From Utricularia gibba (Eukaryota; Plantae; Magnoliophyta), in the NCBI GenBank assembly GCA_002189035.1, contig CM007989.1:5890001-5954000 (forward strand): a stretch of DNA of 64,000 nt, read 5' to 3'. The position numbers were made by a program, and so were the translations under genes. The notes below the pieces were generated by a model. That model was not told the origin of the DNA. It saw only the letters and a list, made by a program, of their open reading frames with translations, and did no database searches. Position 1 is the first letter of the stretch; every line of letters starts with the position of its first letter. Of the stretch, positions 26,889-39,883 are shown in pieces.

Positions 26889-29122
26889 TCAGCGCGCTGA
26901 TTGACGTGGGCCACGGGGCCGGATGGGTGTCTTGGAGGGGCTCACCCTGAGGAGGCAATACCATACCAGGTTGTTAATCCATGAGGGAATAACATTAGCA
27001 GATTCGAAGCCGAAACTAGCAGCAAACCTTATAGGCATCGATCCTAGGATTGCGCCACTGCAGTTCAGAGCCATTATAGCACTATCCGCCTGAGAAAACC
27101 AACGACATTACCGATGAGGCAAGAGGCAAGAAAAAGAGTACACCAGAAAAGAGAAATTATTACAAAACTGCATCTACACAAGAAGAGGGAAGAAAGAAGT
27201 ATAGGCTACAAATCATTCTACGTGATTATGTAATCGAGGAGTCATTAGCCGGAGCTTATTTTCGTCTGCAGTGTGATTACATGCCAGGACACCGTTCGCT
27301 TGACTTTCCAAAAGATTTCATGGAATTTTTCAGTGATCAAGTAAAGAACAAAAAGATGCTGTCGTAAAATGAGCCGCAATCTACCAAGGGAATGCCATTG
27401 TAACCGTTAAGACTGAGATGCTTACCATGACAAACTCCACAAATGCTATGCGGCTTGAATGATGGCAGTCACCAAGCAGCCTCAAACGGTGCACCTGACT
27501 CAACATGTTTAATCAGTGTTCCAGTTGACACTTTTTGATGCATGAGTAAAAAGAGCAACCAACCTCTCCACAGATAGATTCAAAGAAGAGTTTGACATCT
27601 TCTTCAGTGGCCTGCTTCAGCGATTGATGTCATGCAACAAGTTCTTGGAAATGCTATGGTTACACCAATGTAACTGGAAAATCTGAAGCTACCTTTTTAT
27701 CAATGTTTGTGCAGTATATCGTTCTTGCACACATCTCCCTTTCGTCCTCAGACTAGAGAGAAATAACCATAGAAAAGTTATTGGTCTCCAAGCAAGAAAG
27801 GTGAGGATTACAGGTCTTTACAGAATGAGATTTAGTGTGGTTTCTAAGTCTCACTCTGGGCAAGAACGTTGGATTAACAGGTGCAATCGCAGTTTTGGAT
27901 GACAACACTCTCACTGGGTAGTATCCAAGCATAGTACCTGCCATGCTCAAAGCATTCCGTGCTCCCTCTGCAAGTCGAAGGTGTGGCAAATTGAAGCAAA
28001 AAAAACAAAGATCCAAAACAGATAATCAATCAGTCACTCACATACCTTCGTCAGTAAATTCAATAAAAGCAAAACGAAGAACAGAATTTGGGTCACCACA
28101 AACACGACAATCCACCACCTTCAGCAAACATTAGAACAGAATAGTATATATGATGTGTCTAATTTGAGTCAAGGATGTGCATCTACAGAATAACTACCTG
28201 TCCGCAGCAGATGAAAAGAGCAGCAAGTTGCTCTTCAGTAACCTATAGTTAGAATAAAAAATACCAATGAAAAACAGAATCATCGTAATGAGCCAATCTA
28301 GATTCTCATTACCTGATGATCAATATCAGAAACATACACTGTCCTCCTAATCACATCTTCTCTTTGAGCCATGCTTGTCCTGCTATTTGTCCTCCGCTTC
28401 CCATAGGTGTAGCCATTTTTCTTCTGCAAATAATGAAACTATAAATAAACACCACTGCAAGATAGAATTGTATCAAGTAAACGAACAAACAACCAAGCAC
28501 AAAACTTAATCTTTATGATCAAAATATGTCAACTCACTCTCTCAAAGACAATTTTTGAAACCTTAAAACCAATCTAATCCAGGTATAGAATTTTAATTGG
28601 ACCATATGAAGAAAATTTATCATCAGGTATCAACACAAGTCTCACCATCCTGAAAGAATTCTGAATTGGAAAGCCAGAACTCACTGGCTGCTGCGTTACA
28701 AACCCATTAGAATTATATGAAAATTGCGCAGCTACCACTCCAGAAAACATAGCAGAAGCATCTGAGGAAGCCATCAGCATCCCTTGATAGCCACCATTCC
28801 CGCCAAATTGGGAGTGTGCAAGAGGAATAAATTCCTCAGCCATAGGGTTCAACTTGGGCAGCATTTCTTCCAAATCCCTCATCTTGAAACCTTCATCAGC
28901 ATTTTCAAACATAGGCTGCTGTTGGAACTGATGGTGAGCATTCGAATTCCTATGTTGTACAGATTCAAAATCTTGATCGCCCAGCACAATTGACTTTTGG
29001 CTGCTAGCTTCATCTTTCTCCGGCTGCTGACGGTGATACTGATTCCCCGCGACGTCGTTTGGTTGTGCATCCTCATACGATGACGGCGTAGCCACCACAC
29101 AAGCATTTTCCAGCACCGCCAT
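26889..29122 (-). CDS. Polyadenylate-binding-protein-interacting protein, CID11/CID12-like (PAM2 + 2 RRM), ~371 aa, 10 exons
   Basis: Exons: 28646-29122, 28313-28423, 28198-28242, 28046-28118, 27855-27967, 27693-27752, 27564-27611, 27426-27494, 27028-27089, 26889-26946. All introns are GT-AG with consistent phases (1116 nt in total). Motifs include PAM2 KLNPMAEEFIP, RRTVYVSDID, SKTAIAPVNPTFLPRSEDEREMC and VSPSKTPIRP. Confidence 0.93.
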
Positions 29123-29899
29123 GATTGAATGGAAATCCCGGAAAAACCAACCAGTAAGCTTTTGCTGCCCCCCACCTCCCCTTTTCTTAAACTTGTAATT
29201 ATCTTCAAGTGAAAAGGGATCAAAAAGAAGGAAACCCACAAGGCGATTCGATTCCTCTGTCCATCGGATCAAAGGTATAGAATACAGTCAAGGGAAGAAA
29301 CATAGCTAATGCCGCCATAACGAGAAAAGAAAAAAAGAGAAGAAAAGCATACCTTCAAGCAGAGAAAAATCTTAGACTTAACCCCGTCTCCGGCGCAATT
29401 TAGAGCATTTCGCAGATGAAAGCGTATTTGACAGGGTACAGAATCGTAGAGAAGAAAGATCAGTGCCTTCAGTTGAGTCAGCGAAAAAAATATGGAAGCA
29501 TAAAATCATATAGTGAAAAAAAAAATTCAAAAGAAACAAAATTTATAATGATCCATCACCGGGAACGAAATCTTGGCATATCCATCCACTCGTTTAGGTA
29601 GTTGTTACCCATGTTTTAGAGGTTTTTCTTATGTTTTTAAAGATTTAGAAAAGCAAGTAAATGGTAACCTAGAAAAGGAAGAAAACCAAAGGTATTCTCA
29701 CATCAAAAAGAGATTTAATAAGGGAAAGTTTGATGTAATAAACAATATCCTCAAGGAACTTGTTGCAACTTGAAGATGAAGATTCACTTTTCTAGGTATG
29801 CCCTCCACTTTTCTAACTCCTCGTGTACCAAAAAATGACCAAACATTTACTCTCTCTTTTTCCCCTCAATATATATCTATCAAAATATCTACTTATTAG

Positions 29900-32100
29900 A
29901 ACTACTCTATCTTGATTTTTCTGAGTAGTCATTGGTACCTGTATTTTAGGAAACTTAGTTGTCATTGTATCAATTTTTCATCCTCTAAATTTTAAACTCA
30001 TAATAGGAGATCCTATATAATAACCATCCTCAAAGGTGTAACTTCAAACCAACAACTCTTCCCATATATTTAGGAAAATTTGTTGTCATCCTAACAGTTT
30101 GTCATCCCTTCAATGAATGAAACTATTTCGATGACAACTAGTAGCACTTTTTGGCCTTTAAATTTTCAAAACCTTATCGGGTTGAGCTCTTCATCTATGT
30201 AGCTCAACATGTTGCATATCTAAGAGACTTATCTTCAATTAAACCCTCTAAGACCTCTTTAGGGGTGGTTACTTTATTCTCTTCATGGGATTTCTTTGAG
30301 TTTTCTTAGTAAGTCCTTGTCAAATATTACCAAGTCAAATCTTCTTGATGATATCTAAGGACTTTATGCTTCCTCCATAATAGTAATTGTTACATAGAAG
30401 GAAAAATAATCATAAACCTTTATTGATGTTCCACCTTCGATGTCTTTGTCATTAGGATATTGGGGCTAAGCCTTGTTTGACAAGTATAAGTGAAGAAACA
30501 ACATACCCGACAAGATATCCCTAGTGCCTACCCAATAAGGATATTCAAAGACCAACATGACATCACTCCATTGCAGTAACCCTCAAACAAGTATTCATCA
30601 TCACTTTAAATCCAATGAACCAAGACAACATCAGATTGCCATCACCTCACACAATCTTATGGCTATTACAAGGAAGAAAAATGCTCTGCCACAGTTACTC
30701 GAGTACGTTATATCCCACTCGATGAGACCATTCTTTGTTGAAGATCAGTTCGATGTGCACCAAATGAAGTCAGAGTAAAAGAGAACTCTCCTCTTTTCCT
30801 GATGAGGTACTCATTCTTTTATACAATATCTCATCAAGTCCAAGAGCCACACTAAGTTGCCTCTCCTACTAGTCTAATGAGCATAGCATTAGATATGGAA
30901 AAAAGAGAGATTTAATTGATCTTCATCCCATGATTCTTGCAATTTCTAAATTGTATTTGGTTTTTCAGATCTTTCCCTTAGTAAAAATCTTTTCCCTAGT
31001 GTGAGAGTGTCTTCACTTTTCTTTGTTTTTTTGTGCTACCTTCCAAATCTTTGAAAATTTTAGACTCTTTTTACTATGATTTCCATAACTATATTTGACT
31101 TAAAGGTGATTTTGTAGAGAACTAGAAAATAAACTAGACTGGTGATGTAGAAATTAGTGAAAACTAAGTGTTTTCAAACACCAAAAGGAAGATTTCACTA
31201 TGATCACTAAGAAAGTTAAACTAAATTTGATTAGAAAGTTACAAGATGATAGAATTCTCCCCCTTCTTTTATGTTCACCTATATCAAAAAAGTTGGCCCT
31301 TGTTTCTATCCTCCTTTTAGTATGTGTACTTGCAAAAAGTTGGGCAAGATGAGACTTTCTCTTTTTTCCATCTCTTTATAACCATATCTTCGCTAATGAT
31401 GATATATTTCTCTATTTCAAGAAAAGTCATTAACTATCTACAAGATATGTTGGAACAAATGTAGGTGTAGTTCGAGCGATGGGGTTAGCCTATGTCATCT
31501 CAAGTTTCTTAGATCCATTTAGGTTTAGTATTCAAATGAGAGCCTCTTGGAAGGGTTTAATCTCTCATCAAAGAAGGTTGAATGCACCTCTCCTAGGGCA
31601 TTTGCCACCCATTAAGCTCGTTATATCTTGTTGCATTCTGGCCACATGAAAGACAAGATTGTCATCTCTTTGGGGTTTAGTTGGACATTATCCTTTCATT
31701 AGAATACTAGTCTCTTAGGCCTTAGACTAAATAGGTTAGGCTATGGGTTCCACTTCCTTGTGGGAAGGAAATATTCCGAGGGTGTTGATGAGCTTATCCC
31801 TTGGTGCAAGATCCCATGAGGTCTTACCTTGTTAGTGAGTGCCATCTTCTTCTCCATCTCCTTCTTTGCATTGAGCTCTTCCCAAGTGAGTTGCATCTAG
31901 TCCTAGGTATTCCTCTTTGAGATTTGAGAATACTTCCATGATAGCCTTCATTTTCTAGAAGAAAATGATGGCAAAAAATTCAAGGAAAAAGTTGCTTGGA
32001 ATGATCCCCTAAGGCATGAGTAATAGAGGTATGGTCTTCGACCTACCCTGTGACTATTCCTCCAATACTTCTCCCTCTATAAAATACATAGATCTACCTA
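29900..32100 (-). pseudogene. Highly decayed gypsy gag-protease relic, possibly CRM lineage
   Basis: Scattered motif remnants only: LTWEEL at ~31890 and SLLGRH*GY (cf. LLGRPWQYD) at ~30520. No long ORF survives. Confidence 0.4.
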
Positions 32101-33858
32101 GGCATCCTTATGACTTTGCACTTGAATAGTTCATACCTTATAGTTTTTCACAACAAGCAATTTAGAGAAGCAGAGTTTGCATCTTTCTACTCGAGAATTC
32201 AGTGAAGAATTGGTCACGTCTCACAAACAATTCAAAATGTTATGTGGTTATGAGATTTTTCATTGTTTTTTCTCTTGATTTCTATAACATCAAAATGACT
32301 ATTAAGTGTTATGAGGAGGACAAGAAAAAAAGATGGATTGATGATCCAAAAAACAGGAAAACTGAGAGTGCTCACACACTAGAATGGAAATCTCCATTAT
32401 AAATTGGGGATTTTTCTAGACAAGATGAATCAAAAACTTAACAACAACTAAAAGATCATTTCTTCTTTCCATCTCCTTCATTGGTTCCCAAAAGTTCTCA
32501 ATTCTTCCTTAATTCTAGTATTTATACTTGTAGAAAGTCAAGTGCCACCTCCCTTTGACATCATCCTCATGGTTGCTAGATTTCTCATCCTCCTTTTCAA
32601 GGAAAAGTTTACCCTCAATCAAGTCAATAGAATTATGTGAGGCGTTCTGTTATGTGCAATTCATTGGGCTATTTTAGGGTTGCACTCCCTTTCGAGGTAA
32701 TAGAGTGGGAATAAAATCCCCAATGACGCTGAAACTAATCCTTTTCTTAACGTTCACTAGATGCTTTATATATGAATTTGCTTTCTTAAATGTGAAAGCA
32801 ATGAAAGAGATAAATGCATTCATGGCACCAATACATAATATTAGAGATTCTCTATGTGTTTTTCTAACACTATTTTGAATCCCAAGATATTGCCTCACAT
32901 ATTCACCCACCAATTTCACATATTCTATAAAGATTGGGAATAGCAATAATTTTCCATGTCTTAGTATTTCCAATTTCTGGGGGGATCCTTGTTGATTCAC
33001 TCTACTTCTTACTTAGGAACTTTTTTTCTTTGTGAAATCAATGGAGTTCTCTTTTGAAAGGGTGAATAGGTATCTTTATTAAGAAACGTATCCCCATACC
33101 TTTTAGTTCTTCATGGAGTTCTTAATAAGGAACAAGTCAATGCCTCAACAAAAACCTACACTCACTCGATCATTGGCTCTAGAGCAGAAGTCTAAAAGAG
33201 AGTCACCCAATCAAGAAGAGATAAGTGGGGTTTTAATCTAAACTTTAAAAGTGAACTATTGCTGGTTTTTGAAGGATAACACTTCTTTGAGTTTGCATTC
33301 CTAAGAGTGATACAATCCGAGTGAGAAGGCCGTACAAGGAGGAGACACTTGTGAGCCTCTTGAGTGCCCTCGCTTCCATAAACTATTAGTAGCTATGGCC
33401 TTTGAGGCCTTGTCAAAAGCCCCATTAGTGGATACAATTGCATCCTCTTCCACAAGTGGTCGCATATTGAACTCAAACTTTTAGGGAGGACATTGAATTA
33501 CAAGTTCTCAAAGTTCTTGGTGGATCACCTAATTGAGATCATGAGTTGGCTGTGTGTAAATGGCTCTAAAGCATGACCTTATGGGTCAATGCGAGCTTTT
33601 GACTAGAAGAACTGAAGCATTTCACAATCCTGTCATCCCTACCTATTACTGCCCAAAAGGGCACTAAGTCGGAATAAAGTAAGATCGATTCAAATTGTGC
33701 GAACTCGTTAAACTATAGAAGAAAGCAGCATGTGTCTGATGCTGCACTCCAAAAGTTTAACTAGGTCTGAAAATGTTCATGAAGACCCAACCAGCTACAT
33801 CGTTGGCTTTTACATCTACATGCTAACTTGTAGGATTTGGTTTCTAGTCATTGGGTTT

Positions 33859-34740
33859 TGATAACACTGTTTTTAGTGTGTTTTTATACGTGTTTTTAGG
33901 TATGTTTTATAGGGTTAAATGTTATTTAGTATACTAAATTGTCTTCTTTTGTGTATTTAGTTTACTGAAATGTGTTTATTGTGAAAACACGCTCAATTGA
34001 GAACAATTAAACCGAAACTCTCATTTTACCTCTAGTCTGTGTTTAAGTCTTAACAGGGTAAGAGTTAGTACTGGTAGTGCATTTTCTACATTGACAAGTC
34101 AAAAGGAGCAGAAAAGTTGAGAAAAAGCCACTTTTTGCTGAAAGCAGCCGTCTTCAGAAAAGATAAGATTTGGAGTAAAGATCTTTCTTCTAAAAGCCCA
34201 TGGAAAAGATAGAGATACCCTTACTTTGAGTGGGAAAAAGGAAAGAGGAAGTAGGAGAGAGAAAATGGCGAACAGTAAGGAGCAATGAGCAAAGGAGAAC
34301 GATGATTCTCCGGCTGCCTGCAGATCTACATTTCTCCATCAAATTTCCATCCAGAACTTTCATTTTCAGTAGATTTACGACCGAGAGCAACCGTTGAATA
34401 TTTTATTACTATTTTATGCACTTCCATTTCTATTTTTTAACTTGCTATTGTTACTTTATCTAGGTCTGCAAATGCATGCTTCAAAATATTCTATGCATTA
34501 ATTTTGTGATGTGGCATCTTTGCTCTAGTAAGATCAAGAGTAAGAACTTGAAAAAGCATATTAGACATGAGGTGTTGAGCCTAATTAGAAAGGTAAGGGA
34601 CATATCCTCAAATGTGTGAGCTATTCTTAGATAGTGTTGTAGAACATAATGCTGAAAACACTAGTAGTAATGAAGAGAAATGAAGAAATATTGAATATGG
34701 AAAAAAAGGAGATGGTACTATCGACAATACGATAGTGCAT
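33859..34740 (+). repeat. LTR-like fragment fused to the broken end of the gag ORF
   Basis: Starts TGATAACAC with a T-rich head typical of gypsy LTRs. The gag homology on the opposite strand stops at ~34741. Confidence 0.45.
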
Positions 34741-35487
34741 AAAATCCTCAAGCAAAGAAAGAGCTTCGGTTGGTGTCTTCTTCCTTAAAAATCCTCCTGC
34801 CGCCGAATCTATCATTGCTCGATCAGTGCATAACAATACATCATAGAAATATTTGACCAAGGCATTGGTCTGAAAACTATGGTGTGGGCAGGAGCCCAAA
34901 AGATGATTAAATCTTTCCCAATATTCGTTCAATGATTCTCCACTCATTTGTTCAACATCACTAATTTCTTTTCTGATTCCTTCAGTCTTGGAAACTGGAA
35001 AATACTTGCTCAAGAACACGTTCTTCATTCCAACCCAATCGGTTATGCTTCTAGGCCTTAATGAGTTGAACCACATTTTGGCTCCTCCTTCCAAAGTAAA
35101 CTGGAAGGCTCTCAAAAAAATAGAATCTTCAGTCATCTCAGCTCCCTTGAATGATATACATACAGCTATTACAATGTCTAGATGCTCATGGGGATTTTCT
35201 CCAATTTTTCCATAAAACTTTGGCAAAAAATTTATCATCACCGGTTTTAGCTCGTTTGCTCCATCCTCTGGAAATCTGATGCACAGACCCCTATAAGTAT
35301 GATCAGTAGCATCCAATTCGTTCAAAGTTTTCTTAAGTTCAGCCATTTTGAAATTACTGTTATTCTCGGGTGAGAGCTGCCTCAATCTGCTCGCTTCCCT
35401 AACTCTAACCTTATTCTTGCTGATAACTCTCTCAATTTCTGGGAGGAAAGTGAGATTACCTGCACCAGAAGAACGTAAATGCATCAA
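34627..35487 (-). mobile_element. Athila-type gag ORF (retrotransposon gag domain), 3' truncated
   Basis: The 286-aa ORF contains LPKFYGKIGENPHEHL, LRAFQFTLEGGAKMWF, FLSKYFP, QMSGESLNEYWERF and IDSAAGG. A tRNA-Asp-type PBS (TGGTGCCGTTGCCGGGGA) lies at 35516-35533. Confidence 0.9.
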
Positions 35488-35536
35488 CTAGAAACACAAA
35501 ACAATTAAACACCGCTCCCCGGCAACGGCACCAATT

Positions 35537-38075
35537 TGATAAACGGAAATTTTAGCATATCGTTGCAATAAAACAAACTTCGTATCAAATACATTTATAA
35601 TCCCTAATGCTCACAAAATACAAATTAATCACAAAACGTACAGTGGAATTCAGGGTCAATCACAAGGAGCTTGTGCTTGTCATGTATTTCAGCAAATGTA
35701 GAATTCAAAGTAAACAGTGGTAAATGATAAGTGATTTTGTGTCATTCCAAAACATGTTCTTCCACTACTCTTGAGTGTTGTTTTTACTTATCTTAGACTC
35801 CACTTTCTCATTATTCTCAATTGATTTTGCATCTTTCACACTACTTTGATCTTTTTGGAGGGAAAGTGTATTTTGTGGATTTTTAAGATACTTTTGGATC
35901 AATTTGAGGAGAAATCAAGACCCACCAAATTATGGACTTGATGGACCGCGAATCTCAGCCCAAGACTCGGTCAATGATGAAGATTTGGTCCAAGATTCGT
36001 GGATAAGATAGAGATGTGAAGAAGATCTTCGAAGATTTGGATAGAAGATCTTATCCAAGCCCATCGAATAAGCTCAATACGAAGACTTGGATCTACTCTA
36101 CTATAAATACTCCACCCTCTAAACCATTAGAAATGTCTTTGACCACTTTTACTTTGAATCTTTCCTATTTTCATGTCTATTTTCATGTTTGAGTCGAGTC
36201 TGCGCGTGTAACCGCTTGCGGCTGAGGATCTGCGGTGAAGCCTTGCTTGCGCAAGTCCTGCGCATGTGACTATTTTTTACTATGTTTTTCGACATTTAAA
36301 TTGAGGTTTGATTCTATTTTTTGCAACGTTTTCTTTACCAATGTGATCTTTAGTACCATATAACTCTAAGGGAGTGTGGGAGAATCAAAAGTTGGCCTCA
36401 AGCACCTAAGGAGAAGGGCTCAATCGAACATCATTGATAAGACACATTCTATCTAATCTATCTGCGAGGTGTGAGGTGTAGGGGTTAGATTTGGGTGTGG
36501 ATAAAACATGGGTTATCACAAGAGGTGAAATGGCTATAGTGGCGTGGTTGATTCCATAATCACACTAAACGAGGGACGGTGCTATAACAGTCACCGAGTA
36601 GCACTATTTTAGAATAACACCCCAGAACTTGCGCAAGCAGGTCAGTTTTCAAGGTTTACACACACAAGTTTGGGTGAGTTTTGAGCAAGATGGATCCCAG
36701 GTCCAATGCCATTTTTCTTCTTGTTTTTAAAACCAAATATTTCTTTTGTTTTCGTTCTTTTTGAGTCTTTGTTTGAAAAGAAAATTCCAATAACAATTCC
36801 CTGTGGATACGATCTTATTTTATTACTTCGATGGTTTCTGTGCACTTGCAGAATCAGTAAACAAGTTAGGTAAACAAGATTAGTAAATAATATCAGGTCT
36901 TAACACTAAGGTAACAGGTACTGGTTCTAACTCAAAATAATACTATTGTGCCTTAAGGGTCTACAGGTGGTATAGTACCCAAATTCCTAATTTAATCTGC
37001 CATGTTCCTATACTCAAAACTTCAAGTAGCCTAAGTCTACCCACATCATTCATCATATTTTTGGCTAAGTTAGTCCCTCATATCATCACCAACATTGTAA
37101 TTAGGTCTAACCCCATGCAAGGCATATAGAATTATGTCTACCTGATTCTATTGGTTCTACCCCGGACTAACACCTACTGTTCACGTCTTGATTTGTTGGT
37201 CTACCTCTAAATCAAGCATCTAAGTTGTGAAGCTACTTGTTTCCCTTCTTAGGTCTACCCATGGCTTTATCGAAATAGGAACCAAGGGACAATGGTGAAT
37301 TTTATTAAGACTCCTAAACCCACACTACCATGTTTCACCTTAAAGCACTCCTAGGGTTTAGCTATTCATGCTTTGAAGGTAAAAAGTGATGACATTAACA
37401 TAAAACAATGAAAATGTTAAAAACATTGTGCAGAAGTTGAGTGCAGAAACTACAGACATCAACAAACTAAAAGAAAGCGATAAGTGTTCCGATTTCCATC
37501 TGCCACTGTTTATAGGCTGGAATAGTGGCGCTGGATTGGGTCTTGATGCTGTTCTTGAGGATGAAGTTCTTCTCCTCTTCTAATCGGTGTTCTTCGTGTT
37601 GGAGGTGTTGTTTTTGGTAGAGAAGTCGTCCCCCTCACCGCTGGAGTTTGCTGAATGTTGGAGGGAAAAATCCCCCCGTGTGTATTCTGAAAAGCACGTT
37701 GTCCCCTTGCGATTCTCTATCCTCTCACTTTCTCTTGCCTCCCACTACCCAAGGCAAGTACATTCTCTGACAGTTCTGCTGCTCCTGCCCCTGACTTGCA
37801 GACTGCTATCGGGACAATGTATTCATTGCCTCCTGCTGCGCGGTAACTTACACGAAGTCCTTGATTTTTCCATGATTTTCGGGTAGCTGCGGGGGCTCAA
37901 AATTGGGTTAGAACATGAGTAGCCTAAATCAAAGGATTTAGACCACTAACACACCAAAAATCACATTTTCCTAAATTATATATAAAAATACTTAAAACTA
38001 TAAAATAAACAACTAAACATCACTAAAAACTCATGATTTTCATATCCTAAAAACATGAAAATTTGTGTGCTATCA
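35537..38075 (-). mobile_element. 5' LTR of the Athila element (~1.4 kb net), interrupted by a solo LTR
   Basis: On the minus strand it runs TGATAGCAC...TTTATCA and abuts the PBS. It becomes continuous once 35725-36861 is removed. Confidence 0.75.
35725..36856 (+). mobile_element. Solo LTR of family X (Athila-like), 1132 bp
   Basis: Termini are TGATAAG...GAATCA. The perfect 5-bp TSD GTAAA is at 35720-35724 and 36857-36861. It is homologous to 49471-50590. Confidence 0.92.
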
Positions 38076-39155
38076 AGGTTATATCGGTCTTTACCCAAGG
38101 AACGCAATAGAAATGGTGCTAAACATTGCTACCGAATTCCAAAGGCATCAGCCTCTATATTTCCATAACTTTCCATAATGTAAACTTTCCTTCCATTCAT
38201 TTGTGGTCATCTTTCAATAGAGTTACCTCATACATGTCTGATATAGTGATAATGTGATCCGCAATCATTCATTAACTTTACGGTTTGACAAGCTTCATGC
38301 AAAACCGTTTTAGATGGCCCTACATCAGCCCAAAATCATGAATCATAATTCATTTTGAACCTAAGAGGAAGGGCTTCCTTAAGGAAAAAGAATCACCTTA
38401 AAACTATCATCCAATACATAGATATGAACTTATTATTAGGGATTCAAAACTGGTGTGAATGAAGTTTAGTAAAAACTTCCTAAGTGAACTCCTTCCTAAG
38501 AACTCCAAATCAAGAAATTATTTCTAATAGTTAACCTTAAGGCATAGAACTACAATGTTTATATTAAGAACCGAAGTAGAAAATAAACCAACCAACACAG
38601 AAATTGCGATAAACAGAAACATGGCACATATTCAGCATTTTGCAAAAAATAAATATTGTCTAGTTGCCATACAAATCATCCCACTCACACTTCACCAACG
38701 CAATTCCACATAAACCTTATTCCTCTATGTCCTACCTACACCCCTGCAAATTTTATGATTTTAGGAGTACTCTATGAGCCATACCATATTAAACTTCAAA
38801 ATTGCACATCTGCTTACTTTCTTGTGTCCATGCTTCACAACTTTTCTTCTTTCGTCTCATCATGCTTACAGAGCTAAACTTCATCCATTTGCTTCCCCTA
38901 ACCATTCATGATTGATTTTTATCCACACCAAACTTGTTGGTATCATGTATAATTCTATGCTTGACACTTGCTTCCTTTTAATTAAACCAAATCATCTTGC
39001 ATATAGAAATTAAAAAATGGTTACTAGTATTGTTTTTTTTCCTCTTCTCCTTTCCTTTGTTCATTCCTAGTGCATCTAAATATTTTGGGGTCTCACAAAC
39101 TCAGTGATGTTTAAATGATCATGGATTGGGTTTAAAGGGTAGCATGTCTTCCTAC

Positions 39156-39883
39156 TCTTAATGTATGCATTCTGGAGATAACTAATTTATTGACAAATCT
39201 TATCTTTTGATATTTATTTTGAATTTTGATCAAATTTATATCACTAATAAAATACTTTACTTGATTTATATGTTATAGAAATTATGATGAGATTCTAATG
39301 TGAGATTCTTCAAGCATTTATGTTCAAGTTAAAAATTTTGTAGCTAAAGTATTTGTGAAATGAGAATATTACAAATGTGGATGAGTATCGAGTTCTCTAA
39401 ATTGTTTAGACAATAGTTCTCACAATTGATGTAATGAGATTATTAGAACCCATGTGTGCATGTCGATTAGAAAATCGATTCATTGGATAACTCGTTTTTT
39501 AGATGCTACTATGGAAAACTAACCAAGTATCATTAGCAAGATCTCGAATATGACAGTCATGCAAATTAACTTAGAGTTGAGGTCAACAAAGTTATCTTGA
39601 TCTTAAGTTTGTATTTTCGTTCATTATTAATGAGAGTCTAACCATGAGTTGTCTAATATGGATGAGAAGGAATGTGACTCCTTAAGATTGGAGATAGTTG
39701 ATTGATCAATAAAATTTTCATCACTTATATTAATTATAAGATCTTATATCAACTAATTGCATCAAGTCTAATAGTAAATCCTAGCTCCAGGTTAATAACA
39801 CTCAAAGATCTATAGTTTTGGTTTCTCAAAAATTTTAAATTCCATTGCATTGAGGACCTATGATGTCTACGAGAAATCTAACA
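39156..39883 (+). mobile_element. Angela-family solo LTR with a ~720 bp internal deletion
   Basis: Colinear with 7943-8600 and then 9315-9394. The flanks CCTAC and CCTAT match 4/5, consistent with a TSD. Confidence 0.85.

Noticed and set aside
29123-29272. 50-aa in-frame N-terminal extension of the CID ORF
   Set aside because: It has no family-like character and probably lies in 5'UTR or intron sequence (a GTATGC donor is at ~29350). MAVLEN is the family-typical start.
33300-33720. Possible plant-mobile-domain (PMD) relic
   Set aside because: There is only a weak DRIVKCF resemblance amid stops, which is not supportable without a profile search.
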